DNA of 63,245 bases, the filler included, from Licmophora abbreviata (Eukaryota), in assembly GCA_900291995.1 (NCBI GenBank). It is 11 parts of 11 records of this genome, joined end to end, with 100 filler letters (N's around TTAATTAATTAA, not from the genome) between each part and the next. Parts side by side here need not be neighbours in the genome. Positions count along the whole stretch, not along the records: positions 29,917 to 35,110 come from OLMU01004915.1; positions 35,211 to 40,944 come from OLMU01004916.1; positions 41,045 to 53,047 come from OLMU01004918.1; 8 more parts are not named here. One strand, given 5' to 3'. Position numbers and translations under genes: made by a program. Position 1 is the first letter of the stretch. Each line of letters opens with the position of its first letter. The notes below the pieces were generated by a model. That model saw nothing but the letters and a program-made list of their open reading frames with translations, had not been told where the DNA came from and did not search any database. This document shows, piece by piece, positions 34,898-47,171 of the stretch.

Positions 34898-37800
34898 CTA
34901 CTCGCCCCGACACCCTGGGCTGTTGAGCCAAAAGCCTTCTGCCTTTGCGGGCAAGCTAGAGCGGGCAGTGCCGTCCTTGCCACACAGAGACTTCCAACGC
35001 TGATGGGTCTCCTCAATGACTTCCAAAGCTTCCGACGCAGTCTTGGGGGTTTCTCGCGCAAGCGTGTTCTCCGGTTTGCCGTCGCTCGTCTTGTATCGCT
35101 TGAGCCAGTCNNNNNNNNNNNNNNNNNNNNNNNNNNNNNNNNNNNNNNNNNNNNTTAATTAATTAANNNNNNNNNNNNNNNNNNNNNNNNNNNNNNNNNN
35201 NNNNNNNNNNCGACGCAGTCTGGGGGTTCTCGCGCAAGCGTGTTCTCCGGTTTGCCGTCGCTCGTCTTGTATCGCTTGAGCCAGTCCTTGAGGCGAGCGA
35301 CGTGGCCAGGCTTGACTCGCTCCAAGTCTTCCAGTGAGTGAACCGATGGGGCGTCCTTGTCCGACAGAGCGATACACAAAATCTTGTGGTCCGTCTCTCC
35401 TTCGTCAATGAGCTCAAGTTCACCCAGCACGCGGCAGGGCGTGATACTGCCCATGAGGAGACGTTCCGAGCCGAGCTCGATCACGTCAAGCGGATCGTTA
35501 TCGCCGGCCTCGCCAGTTGGCGATATGAGCGTGGGGTCCTCCCATGTCTGCGGCAGCAGACCGTAGTTGAAGAAGGGGGTACCGTACGTGTAGTAACGAG
35601 AAGAACCATCACTGTTGGTGTCTTGTGAAATCACGTTGCCAGACAACTTCTTTTGGACCTCCATCTTGGCGGTGACGTACAACGGAATTTCCGTCACCAG
35701 ATTGATGATAGTGTCGGCTTCTCCAGATGGACGAAGCGGGATGTCATGCCAGAAGCTGTCATAGTCGGCGTGAGCGAGTCGGAAACTCTTGCTTCCGAAT
35801 CGTCCTCCAGAAACCTTTGTACGACTGTGAACCGGTGGGTCCACACGAGGTTGTGACCACGGGGTCCACCGTTCTGACTCGTCAACGTGCTTGTAGTAAT
35901 CGACGACTCCATCCCACCCCTTGGGCACCATGAATCCACTGGGGATACAGTTGGCCTCGACAAGATCTGTAGGAATGTTCGTCTTACTGCACGGCACAGC
36001 TCCATTGCGAGCCAGCAAACGCATCTTGGTTCCTGATATGCTGATAAAGTCGCTCATACGAGTTTCGTCAGGAATCTTCATGACATTGTCGGAGATGTCG
36101 TACATGACCTTGACAAAGCTGAGCATCTGCATGTCGCCAATGCCGGGGGAGTTCTGCAAGACGTAGCGGCCGTGATCGCCGTCGTAAAGATCATCGTCGG
36201 TGTGAGCGACCGCTTGCGAAGAGCCCTTCATACCAGCGGGATCGCGACCAACGACAAAGAAGGAAGCGCCAGCACTGCGGCGAGACTTGGCGTGAAACTC
36301 GACTTCAGTCGGACCGGCGTAGACCATGGGAGCAGGCCAAATGGCCATGACGGTCGTCTCTGGATCCAGTCCGCCCGGATGCGATGTTCTGGACAAGACA
36401 TAGACATAGAGAGACGTGCCCATGTGTGAGTCGATCGACCCATCGATTCATCGCACTCATTCAAACAAATACAAAGACAAACAAAGACGTACCCTGCTTC
36501 AAGAACTTGTTCGTGCTGCTTCACTCGAACATCCAACGGCACGTCATCCGACTTGGTCCATCCCCCCAAAGGACTGAGCCACAAGACTGGCTTTTTGAAT
36601 CCCTTCTTGCGAAGATCTTCTCCCGCGCTTCGCATCAAGTACGCATGACCCGCATGCGTCGGATTGCGCGTCTGAAAGGCATAGACCGTATCCGCGCCCT
36701 TGTCTTGAAACTCCTTCATGAGTTCTTTTGCCGTCTTGCGCCACGGATCCAAGCCGTCATTGTACCGGATGCGATCCAGCAACTCCACTTCGCCTCCAAT
36801 GAGATAGTCTCCGCCACGGTAAATGTTTTGAATGTAGGGGTGACCAGGATCAATGACACCGTACATTCGCGTGACGATTTCCTCCTTGCGATTGGCGTAG
36901 ACCTCCGGGTTGCGCAGAATGGCCACCGTTTCGCCCATTTGCGTTACAAGCGCCACCGCATTCGTACCGTCCGCCGCTTCAATCGCCTCCTTGGTGTACG
37001 TCGTACACGCCAAGGTGATGGGGATCGACATGCCGACGCGCTGCGGGGCGGGGTGTTCCGGAAAGTTGGAAAAGTCGGTGCGACTCTCGAGTCGATCGAC
37101 GTTGCCGGTGAGATTGAAGGGGTCGACGAGAATCGAGTTGAAATGAAGCGTCTCCAAGAGAGTCCCCTCTCGCATGAATCCCTTGAGTGGACTCGCCCAT
37201 CCTTCTCCAATCGTCTGCAACCAGTTCAAGTCAATGTCGGTAATCAACACCTTGGGCAAGGTGGCCGCCTCGGCGATGCGCTGCGCCTTGAGTTCGGGTG
37301 ACACATGCAAATCGACCAACTGATCGCCATCAGGATTGGGCAAACCGGGTGGCGTCAGCTTCGGCGCGCCCATGAGAATCCCATCGTGTTCCAGGAGTCG
37401 AAAGAGCTGCTCAACCGACTGTTCAATCGCTAGTTCATGCGTCTTGAGTGTAATTTCCGGATGCAAGGGTTCTTCGTAGGGATCATCGATACAGGTAAAG
37501 TGTTTGAGTTCTCCGCTTTCCACCTTGGCATATTGACCCTTGGGATCCCGCTTCTTCAACTCTTCCACCGGCACATCCAAAAATATTTCATAAAATGGAA
37601 TTCCCTGTTCTTCATGTCTTTTTCGCACCGCATCCCGATCCCCCCGGTAGGGACTGATGAGACCCACCAGCGTAATGATGCCCGCATCCGCAAAGAGCGT
37701 CGCCAATTCTCCCGTCCGGCGGACACTCTCGGCCCGATCGGCTTCTGAAAAGGACAAATCTCGATTGAGACCCGTCCGCAAGTTGTCCCCATCCAACCGA

Positions 37801-38327
37801 TAGACGTGCTTGGCGTAGAGCTTGACAAGCTTATCTTCCAAGGCAGTCGCAATCGTCGTCTTTCCTGAGCCACTGCATCCCGTCATCCAGAGTGTGGCGC
37901 CCTTTTGCTGGAGTGCAGCAAAGCGGGTTTCGCGAGGCAAGTGACACGCGGCTTGGGATTCTCCGGCAGTGGCCTCGGCGCATTCGATAATGTGAGGAGG
38001 AGTATTGTCCAAGGCCTTTTGACGAAGCGAGGCCAGGAGATCGGAGTCCGACAAGGCAGTAGTAGAGGTAGTGGAAGGAGTAGTAGTAGTGGGACAGTCG
38101 CATGCTTCTTGTGGGTTTCCACCCGTCGAAGTCGTTGCTGGAACGATGACGCTACTACTACTAGAAGTAGTAGTCGGAACGACTCCCACAGGCGATGTTC
38201 GCATGTTGTTGTGAGGCTGTTGTTCCATGACTCCTCCTCCTCCTCCTAGAGCCATGTTGTTTCCTCCAGTCCGACTCAAGACAAAGACAATGGCCAAAAG
38301 AACGCAGACCCCGACACACATGGGCAT
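34898..38327 (-). CDS. PAPSS: Trifunctional APS kinase - ATP sulfurylase - inorganic pyrophosphatase (PAPS synthase) with N-terminal TM segment; intron 36389..36492; C-terminus lies across the gap
   Basis: APSK: TLWMTGCSGSGKTT, LDGDNLR, ISPY, RDPKG. ATPS: AFQTRNPTHAGH, VVGRDPAG. PPase: FWHDIPL, NYGLLPQTWEDP, GDNDPLD, IDEGETDHK. Duplicated flank 35033-35110 continues the frame to TAG at 34898. An acceptor at 38430 suggests a further 5' exon. Confidence 0.92.
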
Positions 38328-39121
38328 GCGTTCATTGACGAGATGATCTCCTCCTTGGTCGCCGTCATTGTCGTGATTACGAGAAGAAGAAGAAGATGCA
38401 GCACCACCACTGCTGCTACGGGGGTCCTCCTGTACCAAGAGAGAGAGAGAGAGAGTGGCAGAGAGCAGTGAGTCCAAGAGCTGTTCTTTCTACTCTAGTC
38501 TTGGTGTAGACTACCAAGTCGTAGAGTACAGTGTAGTACAGTGCATAGTGAATTAGCCTCGCCGGAAAACATTAGTACTGCGCTCTACGTAGGTTCTACG
38601 CAGACAGGTCATTGCCGACCGACCGCCAAAACACTCACCACGGACAGCGGAGCGTACGAGTATTTCGCCATCTTTCCTTCCAACGACACGACTCTTTCTC
38701 CAGACTGGACAAGAACACAAGACACACGAGCGTTCTTCTACCCAGGGAGAGAATGGCGATGTTGACTCGAGAGAAAACGTCGACTGACTCTCTGCTCCAC
38801 AGGACACAAACAACACACTTTTGCTCTGTTGCGTTGACTCTTGCTTCGTCTTGCGCGCCCGCGCGCTTGATACGAGGTCGCACCTCGTCCAGAACGAGCT
38901 CGCATTCGGGATGCATGAATGATGGAATCCGGAGTTTCATCCATCCATCCATCCTCTTTCTTCACGTCGCTCCGTTCTCCCGCCAAACTTGAGAAAGACA
39001 CGTCAGTGCAAGTATCATACGACGACGACGATGAGAGGAGAACTCTTTTAGTTTGATGGTGAGAAAGAGCTCAGTCCAACAAACGTCACTGCACTGTAGA
39101 TTCTGACGGATCATCGACACC

Positions 39122-40031
39122 ATGAAGTGTATAGCAGCAGCAACAGCAGCAGCTGTTCCCCTGATGGGTCTCCTCGTCTTTCTTGGAACGACCACCACTG
39201 ACGCATTGTCTTTGAAACAACACGAGAACCAGTCTCGCCGCTCCCTCTTGAAACAAGCTACCATCATCAGTCCTATCTTTGCTCTTTCCCTCGCTGCTGC
39301 TACTACTACTCCCGCATATGCTGGTTCGCTCTTGGATGACTTTGGAACAGATCCCACCAAAATTGTACAAAAACCAGTGGAAGACACGTCACTTCGGACT
39401 GCAACCAATAAATCGAGTAACAAGGGAGAAGCGGCCATTGATCCAACCTTGCGAGCGTGTAAGTACATACTCCACACTATACTACGATACACAAAATAGG
39501 AATCTCATGTGGCGATTGTGTCTTTTGTGGAACGAGATACTCATTCGTCGTCATGTTCCAAATCATGTCATATTTCTCTCACCATTCACAGCCTACTATT
39601 ACCCGACTGCCAAGAAACGTTACTTGCCACGCATTCTCAAAGTTTCCAACTCCATCGGTCCCATTGCCCTGAGCATTCAACAAGACGAATGGACGAACGT
39701 CGAAGAATTCTTCAAGGACGCCGACAATGCCGTGCTTCCCATGAAACTATATGTCAGTAGTTTGGATGGACAGGGACTGGGGATGAGCAACTCCTATGCC
39801 AGTCAAATGAAACGACAGTCTGGAGTCTATGAAACGCAAGTCAACCTTTTGAAAAAGGCAATGACTGCGCAGAACAAGGATACAGCACTGGACGCAGTGG
39901 AAAAAATGGGTGTCGCCATTGCGCAGTATAGACAGGTGGGACGATTGACGGATGAGGATGGAAACATTCCCAGTGTGGATGAAATGAGGAGAATGGCCAT
40001 GCGTAGACCGACTGTCAAGGTTAATAGGTAG
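39122..40031 (+). CDS. Thylakoid-lumen protein, PsbQ-like helical bundle (tentative); intron 39459..39591
   Basis: Signal peptide, twin-Arg SRRSLL, hydrophobic stretch and AYA cleavage site. Mature part is helical (KRYLPRI..IQQDEW..LPMKLYVSSL). Intron in phase. Confidence 0.65.
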
Positions 40032-40470
40032 TAGTTATTACTTCGTTTGGTCATATAGAGGAAAGAGGATGATTGATGAGAGAGGAAAGAGTTGGTGTGA
40101 TGGCGCAAGGCTCACCCTAACAGTCACCATGAACCACCACGTCGCGCGGCGGGTGGATCAATATTTCGCGCGAGACAGGATTGGCGGTTGGTCGTTGGCT
40201 CACTCGTGTCTGTGTAGAATGTGCGACTAAACTAGCTAGATGAATGACATTTCGGTGGAATATATTTTTGGACCGTTGCTATGTACATCATCTATGTATA
40301 TTAGTGCATAAGTGTGTTAATAAACGACATGAGGCTCTGCGGCTCACAATTTCGTCGTTGACTCGACTCCATCCGACACACCCTCATAACAACGAGAAGA
40401 AGACTGTAAGGTCTCACTTGATAGCAAGAGGAGCGGCCAATAAGTAACTTGATTTGCTCATAGGCCGATC

Positions 40471-43228
40471 ATGAGAAGCGAGAGTCTATTTAGCGTGAGA
40501 AAAGTGCTCGCGGCGGTGGTCTTGCACCTCGTGTTTTGTGGAGCCTCGGGCTTGGGCTCCGAATTCGATAACGTCATCTCTGACGGTGATCAGCATGAGT
40601 GGGGTCGTGCCGTGCGTCCACGTCGCCTTCGTAGAAGAGTGCAAATCGAAAGTCCCGTATTTGAAGTCGGCAGCTTGCATGAAGAAGAGCTAGCCCTCGC
40701 CTTTGGGGAAGAAGAAGCGTCCAGACTGTTGACTTTGAGCATGAGCGCATCCATGCCTGCGGTACGTGAAAGTCCGTGTGGCAGATATCACGTCAACCAT
40801 TGTTGTTCTCTTATGTTCTCACTCCACATCGATCTCCTGCCATTCAGATGCCGACACAGCCGCCTGCCATTACACCAACTCCGACCCCGCCGCCTGTTGT
40901 CACGCCGACTCCGCCTCCCTCTGTGCCTCCGACGCCACAGCCAANNNNNNNNNNNNNNNNNNNNNNNNNNNNNNNNNNNNNNNNNNNNTTAATTAATTAA
41001 NNNNNNNNNNNNNNNNNNNNNNNNNNNNNNNNNNNNNNNNNNNNCCCCGACTACGCTTCAAGTCACACCAAGTCCAACCCTTGGATGTCAGCTGGAGGTT
41101 GATGCCCGTTGTGTCACTGGCCCAGTTGGACAGAGTCCACCCATGCTGTGCGAAGAAGAGATCATTCGACAAGACACCCTCGCGTGTCTGGACAGACCAA
41201 CAAGTTTATGCTTTGAATACACCTCAATGCCCTGCAGCCCAACTCCTGTCGATGGCCTAGTCTCATGCGTAGGAAGCAATGACCTCGAGGGTGTTGTTCA
41301 AATAACGGCACAAGATGGATCCATGACAACCACGTTTTTGGATGATACGTTTCGTACCGGTGACCAGTTCTGTGTTGAGAATGACGGAGAATTCCTTCCC
41401 GATATCCTCGTTTTCGGGATAGAGCACAACTCGATGACCGGTGGCCAGTTTGTCACCATAGACTCCCTCTGTGAAGATGGAGGCCTCACCCTACTGGAGA
41501 ACTACGGCAGTCTCCAGCTCGTTGGGTATACGAATGCTGAAGCAGGAGTTGTCGAATGTCTCATCCCAGTAAATTACGAGTATGAAGTGCGAAATTCTGG
41601 GCCTGGGGACTTGGGCTTGTCAAGTTTCGATCGAACCTTCAATGGCCAGTTTTTCGACATTTTCGCAATTCTGTCTGAAGACGCTCGTCAACTGTCGACC
41701 ATGGAAGCATTCATATATGCTGAAAGTGGTGAAATCAACCGATGTCAAGACAACACGGTCAATATTGCAACTTCCGCTAGTGGCATGGGGGGCGACTCAA
41801 CTTGTAGCGCCAGCGATACATACACGTTCGAATTCGCCGACAACGGGGCCACAGAGCCAACGCCTTCGCCGACGGTTGCCCCAATTGACAATGGAGGAAT
41901 GCGTTGTGGAATGCCAACAGCTATGCGTCAAGAGGCTCTGTTCGCTGAAGTGACGAGTATTTCGTCGCCAGACTTGGTCGTTGCATCGGGCACTCCGCAA
42001 AATGATGCATTCATGTGGCTTGTGAACGGCGACCCGATGCAAGTTTGTCCCGACGAAGACCTGGCCATTTCCCAAAGATATACTCTTGCCGTACTTTACT
42101 ACAGCACAGACGGTGACAGCTGGCTTTCGTGTAATGATCCAAGCCTCGCGACCCCTGCGCCATGCGAAAGTGAGGAGAGACGTTTCTTGAGTGACTCCAG
42201 TGTCTGTGGATGGATCGAAAACGCTTGCGATGGATCGTCAGGCGAGCTCATTGTCCTTGGAGTTGGTGAGTGTATGATGACGCAACACGTCCAGGCCTTG
42301 GATCCCACCATTGCTCATTACTAACCTTTCGCGACCCCTCTCTCACCAGACGAAAATAGTCTTGTCGGGACTGTTCCCGTCGAGCTGGAGGCTCTTTCTC
42401 TTCTACGAGACATTGATATGGACGACAACAATCTATCCATGAACATCCCAAGCGAAATATTCAATATCCCAACAATCACGAACGTGGATCTTGACGAAAA
42501 TCTACTCGTGGGTTCTATTCCTCCGGAGATGTATGGCGCGAGTCTGCTTCGCTTGATCGACTTAAATGACAACAGGCTGACGGGTAGTATCCAAACGGAG
42601 ATCGGACTCCTGCAAGAACTTCGATCGTTGGTTCTGGATGAAAACGAAATGACCGGCTCCATCCCGACCGAAATCGGCCTCCTTTCCAATCTTAGATCCT
42701 TCCTTTTCGATGGCAATGCCAATGTGACTGGAGAAATCCCCTCGGAGCTCGGTGCCATTGATAATTCCATCTTGGAGCGACTCGATTTGCATAGGAACTT
42801 GCTGAGTGGCGAGATTCCGCAACAGCTGGGCGGTTTGACACAAGTGACGCGACTCTCGTTGTGGGATAACGAATTGTCGGGACTGATTCCTTCCGAATTG
42901 GGGTTGCTCGGGAGTGCTGGTAAGTTTGATGTCGTGTGTCGGGGCTTTTCATTGGATGACAGGGCTGCTAACACACGCACATGTCTCTGACACTTGTATC
43001 CCAACCATCTCCGATCCATCACCAGAGCAAATTCTCCTACATTTCAACAACCTGACGGGAGAAGTACCGCAGGCATTGTGTACTTGGGCAGCGCCACCCG
43101 AACGGACCCTGTCAGTGGACTGTCATCCAGATGACCCCAAGGTCATATGTCCCGAGAACTGTCGCTGCACATGTGTTCCACCATTAGGGAGCAGGAGTCG
43201 AATTGGAAGACTCAATTTCGACGACTAA
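40471..43228 (+). CDS. Secreted LRR protein with Cys-rich module and Pro/Thr linkers; spans a gap; introns 40762..40847, 42266..42349, 42920..43025
   Basis: Signal peptide, RRL motif, PT linkers, TPQNDAFMWL..QRYTLAVLYYST..W cap, repeated LxxNxLxGxIPxEIG, terminal VDC..VICP..CRCTC. Confidence 0.75.
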
Positions 43229-43747
43229 ATGCAACGCGGGAGGGACGAGTATTCTCCTCTTCCTTTTTACGATTGCGAAATCCGTCGGGATATCGGCGAG
43301 ACAGAAGGACAATCAAAAGATGCATTCTATGATACCCCATTTGATGTCATACTTGAAGTCGGTGCTACTGGGGAGAACTCTCTAGAAAGCTCGTCCACGA
43401 TCAGCTTAGACTATAGTAGCGTAATGAATGTATAGTTTCGAAAGCAAACTGATGGAGTCGTCGTATTTAGGTGCCGATAACACGTTTAGCTCATCATGCC
43501 TTTGTCTGGTTCGCTACATCGCAGATGGGAAGCGTCTGGGGTTCAACGGCTTCCACCTGCCTCAATAAGAAGCAAGGGTCCGGTGAAATAATTTCAAGGC
43601 CTAGGCGCGGGTTCACCCCGCGCGGCGCATCATGGCGTTTTTTGAGAGACTGCAGCGCAAAAGACACCTAGGAACTCCATACTATCATCAAGCTCCTTTG
43701 CTTCGATCCTCCTCCTCCTCCTCACAAGAACACTAAAGAGTGGCACC

Positions 43748-44676
43748 ATGTATTCGTCATCCGTCGTCGCTACTCCCCAACAATGGGGTGCGTTCTCCAA
43801 GCTTTTGAAGAAGCTCCATTCCATGCCCGAGTCTGGTGAGTGTACTTTCCTATTCATTTTGCTTTTTCAATTGTTGTTTCCGCGGCTGATCAAAAGAAAC
43901 TTACACATGTCTTCCTCTCTCCCCCCTTGCTTACTTTTTACGGCGGGTAGAACCCTTCCGTGAGCCCGTGGATTGGAAATCTATTGGTACGTGCACTGTT
44001 TCGAATGTTGACGACGCCTTCCTACCAAAACTCTTTCTATACACTCTATGACACTGCCGTCTTTCTCATGCTGATTGTCGTTGTTGTTGATGCTGTTGCT
44101 GCCTCCTTCTACTCATTGCGTTTCAACTTAAACTCAGGTCTCCTCAATTATCCTGAAATCATCAAGCAGCCCATGGATCTCGGTACGATTCGAAAGAACA
44201 TTGACAACAAAAAGTACTCGACTCTCTCAGACGCCGCCGTCGACGTTCGACTGGTCTGGTCCAACTGCAAGCTCTACAACGACGATGGCAGTGACTTCCA
44301 TGTCTTGGCCACCAGCTTGAGCAAAAAGTGGGAAAAACAGTACGCGGCGCTCTTGCGCGAACTCGACCTACCCGCCGACACGACGACCAAGCCTTCGTCC
44401 AAGAAACGAAACGACGCGACACTCGAACAGAAACGCTTCTTTGCCAAGTCGCTCTATGAACTCAGTAAAGAAAGTGTGGGACAAATTATTGTGACGCTCG
44501 ATGAGAAGTGTCCGGAGGCTCTTGTGAAGAACCGAACGGAGGATGAAGTGGAACTGAATGTGGACAAGATCGAAAACAAGCTGTTTCTCGAACTCCTTGC
44601 GTATGTTGAAAAGCAAACCGTCATCGACAAGAAGAAGATGGAAAGGGCGAGGGGCAGGGCACAAAATGCTGCATGA
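43748..44676 (+). CDS. Bromodomain + ET (NET) domain protein, BET/GTE family; introns 43836..43950, 43987..44137
   Basis: Spliced S|EPFREPVDWKSI|GLLNYPEIIKQPMDLGTI..DVRLVWSNCKLYN. ET-like TLEQKRFFAKSLYELSKESVGQII..EVELNVDKI. Confidence 0.9.
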
Positions 44677-45082
44677 GGACAGGGCGGGTAGTCTAAAAGG
44701 ATGGTACGGGTATTGGGTCGACATCGATAGCACATCATACGAGTAGAATCAATCAATCGATCTATTGGTAGTCTCTAGAGAGTAGGAATCGCTTACACCT
44801 ATCATGTCCTATTAGCCTGGGAAGCGCATGCAGTCCTCTTCGCATTCGACGTCAACTCTTAACGTTGCGAATAACCCCAAGACGTCGGTGAGCAGTCCAT
44901 CGATGCAGCATTTGGCGTTGCATTGGCTCTTCTTGTCGCAGTCCCACGGATGCCACGTGCAATCCTACGTGAACCCGTCTAGGTACACATACGAATCAAT
45001 TTTCCCGCCATCGAAACCCATCGCCCGCTCTAGTAGCCACGCTTGGAACATAATTTACTCTACACTGCTTCCTTTCATCACC

Positions 45083-45520
45083 ATGAAGCTGCTCTCCATC
45101 TTCTTGATCCTCTTGTTCGCCGTAGCTTCGACTACTGCCCAGCGCTCCCTCCACGACCGCAAGAAGAAGGGAAAAAACGGCAAGAAACACTTGGCTGTCC
45201 TCGAGGGAATGTGCTCCGTCCTCCAAGTCTTTGACAATGTCGTTCGCTTCAACCAAGACACGAACGTCCCTGGCATCCCCTGGGATGAAGCGTGCGATGA
45301 GTTTGATCCGGTGGACTACCTGCTCTGTCCTTCCCGCAAGGTCGCCAAAGACATTTGCGACCACCCGAACCCCGAGTATAACCCCTCGGTCAAGCACAAC
45401 TACTGCGAGCCCCTCTTTGCCTTGATGGAGGATGAAGGACACAAGGCAAGCTGCACAACGGCCTGTGTCAACTACGTCAGTGTCCACCGAGGCGGTTGCT
45501 GTGACTTCTACTGCGCGTGA
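45083..45520 (+). CDS. Small secreted cysteine-rich protein (145 aa)
   Basis: Clear signal peptide MKLLSIFLILLFAVASTTA, RSL motif, Lys cluster, 10 Cys; strong C/G-ending codon bias. Confidence 0.75.
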   Translation: MKLLSIFLILLFAVASTTAQRSLHDRKKKGKNGKKHLAVLEGMCSVLQVFDNVVRFNQDTNVPGIPWDEACDEFDPVDYLLCPSRKVAKDICDHPNPEYNPSVKHNYCEPLFALMEDEGHKASCTTACVNYVSVHRGGCCDFYCA

Positions 45521-45687
45521 GCGTGTCGCAACCCGACAAGGTACAAGATTCAAATGGCAAGACTATTCATCTGGGGTGGTATCTCGTGTGAGAGTATGCT
45601 TAATACACTATCATCCTTTCCCATGCTCTCGACAACCTTGCCAAAAGTACACGTAAGACACACAGAAGTAATGGTAAACACGTTCAT

Positions 45688-46608
45688 CTATGGATCAAAG
45701 TGTACTCTTCTTTTTTCCGGTCGATTGGCAAATGCATCCAGCATGTTGTGCGGCAGCGCCCGCTTGCCTTCACCCTTGCCACTATTCTCCAGTAGCATAT
45801 TTAGATCCTCTTCCAGAATAGACTTTGGAATGGGTCCTATCAGTGCTGTCTCGACGTCGCCTTCATCGCTTACCAACGCCAAATGAGGAATAGCATCGAC
45901 CCCGAACGCTTCAATATACGGCCACGCCTCGGCGGTATCGCCATTTACCAAGACGAAGTTCACCCGATCCTTGTATTCCTCTTCAATGACCTGCAATGTC
46001 GGTGCGGCCGATTTGCAATTCTCACACCAGGGCGCCCAAAAGTCCACCACCGACGGCTTGCCGTTCGTACCGATGCTGCTCATGGGAGCAGAGTGTAGCT
46101 GCATATCGGCGAGTAGTTGTACGGGCGTGATGGGATGGAAGTAGGTATACGCGTAGTTCAGTAACGCAAACAAGACGGACGCCATGGCCACAACGACATT
46201 CCTTCGTTGCCGTTTCCGCAATTCGTCTTGTGGTGTGATACTGAGAATGTCACTGGCTGGGCTGTCAGACGGCGTCGACTGAGACGAAGTGGACTGTGGT
46301 TTCAGTGGCACTGCCTTCCCCCATAGATCTGAATCATCATTCGAGGTATTGTGGTTCAATTCCGTTGTTTTTGGGGTGATATTCTCTGTCTGAGACGACG
46401 ACGACGACGACGAATCGGTGTCGGACGACAGATGACAAACGACGGGCAGTGTAAATCGTCGCCGCGATGAAAGAAGCACATTAGAACGTTCTGTACGCGA
46501 AGAAACCGAAAATCCGTGAACCCCGACTGTAATCGAGCAAAGCATCAGTATGAACGATATCCGTCTAGCAGGGCTCGTCAAGGACGACGAATTCGGAGAC
46601 TTTCTCAT
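45688..46608 (-). CDS. HCF164: HCF164-like membrane-anchored plastid thioredoxin
   Basis: Leader ..VHG-FSV, a TM segment, NGKPSVVDFWAPWCENC, VNFVLVNGD, FGVDAIPHLALV, LIGPIPKSIL. Confidence 0.8.
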   Translation of the reverse strand: MRKSPNSSSLTSPARRISFILMLCSITVGVHGFSVSSRTERSNVLLSSRRRFTLPVVCHLSSDTDSSSSSSSQTENITPKTTELNHNTSNDDSDLWGKAVPLKPQSTSSQSTPSDSPASDILSITPQDELRKRQRRNVVVAMASVLFALLNYAYTYFHPITPVQLLADMQLHSAPMSSIGTNGKPSVVDFWAPWCENCKSAAPTLQVIEEEYKDRVNFVLVNGDTAEAWPYIEAFGVDAIPHLALVSDEGDVETALIGPIPKSILEEDLNMLLENSGKGEGKRALPHNMLDAFANRPEKRRVHFDP

Positions 46609-47171
46609 TGCGCGACGCTGTAGAACTTTGGAAATAAATTCGAAACTTGGAAAATCCAACGCTGGTCCTGTTTTCGGCAGGGACAGTCAGCACAATGAAT
46701 ACTTCCTCTCTATAGAACTACGCTGGCACTGTGGAAGAGAGATGCGGTAACGATGAGTCTATGCTTGCGTGTCGCGCTCTTCCTATACAACAGCATGTCA
46801 GCTTTGACCGCCAGCGTTCTTTGTGAGCACACGGTGACGACTGATGACGACACATCACGTTGGTTCTGAGTCCACGACGTCCCACTGATGGTAGCGAGTG
46901 TGTCACCTGGATGTCGTAGTGTTAAATGCAAAATGTCTGTCCACTTGGCGGTGACGGCGGCAAGAACCTCCAGAGCTCCGACATTACGACCATGGGCGAC
47001 CGCCTTTGCAGTAGGTACGCCTATTGAACTATGGAAACACTGGTACACAAAAAGCCAGGGGGTGACACACCGCGCTACGGTATGCTGACCAATTGAAGCG
47101 TGCAACTGTACTATACCAGACTGCTTACTCTGAGAACAGCCCAAGAAAGCAAACAAGAACAATCTTACCCT

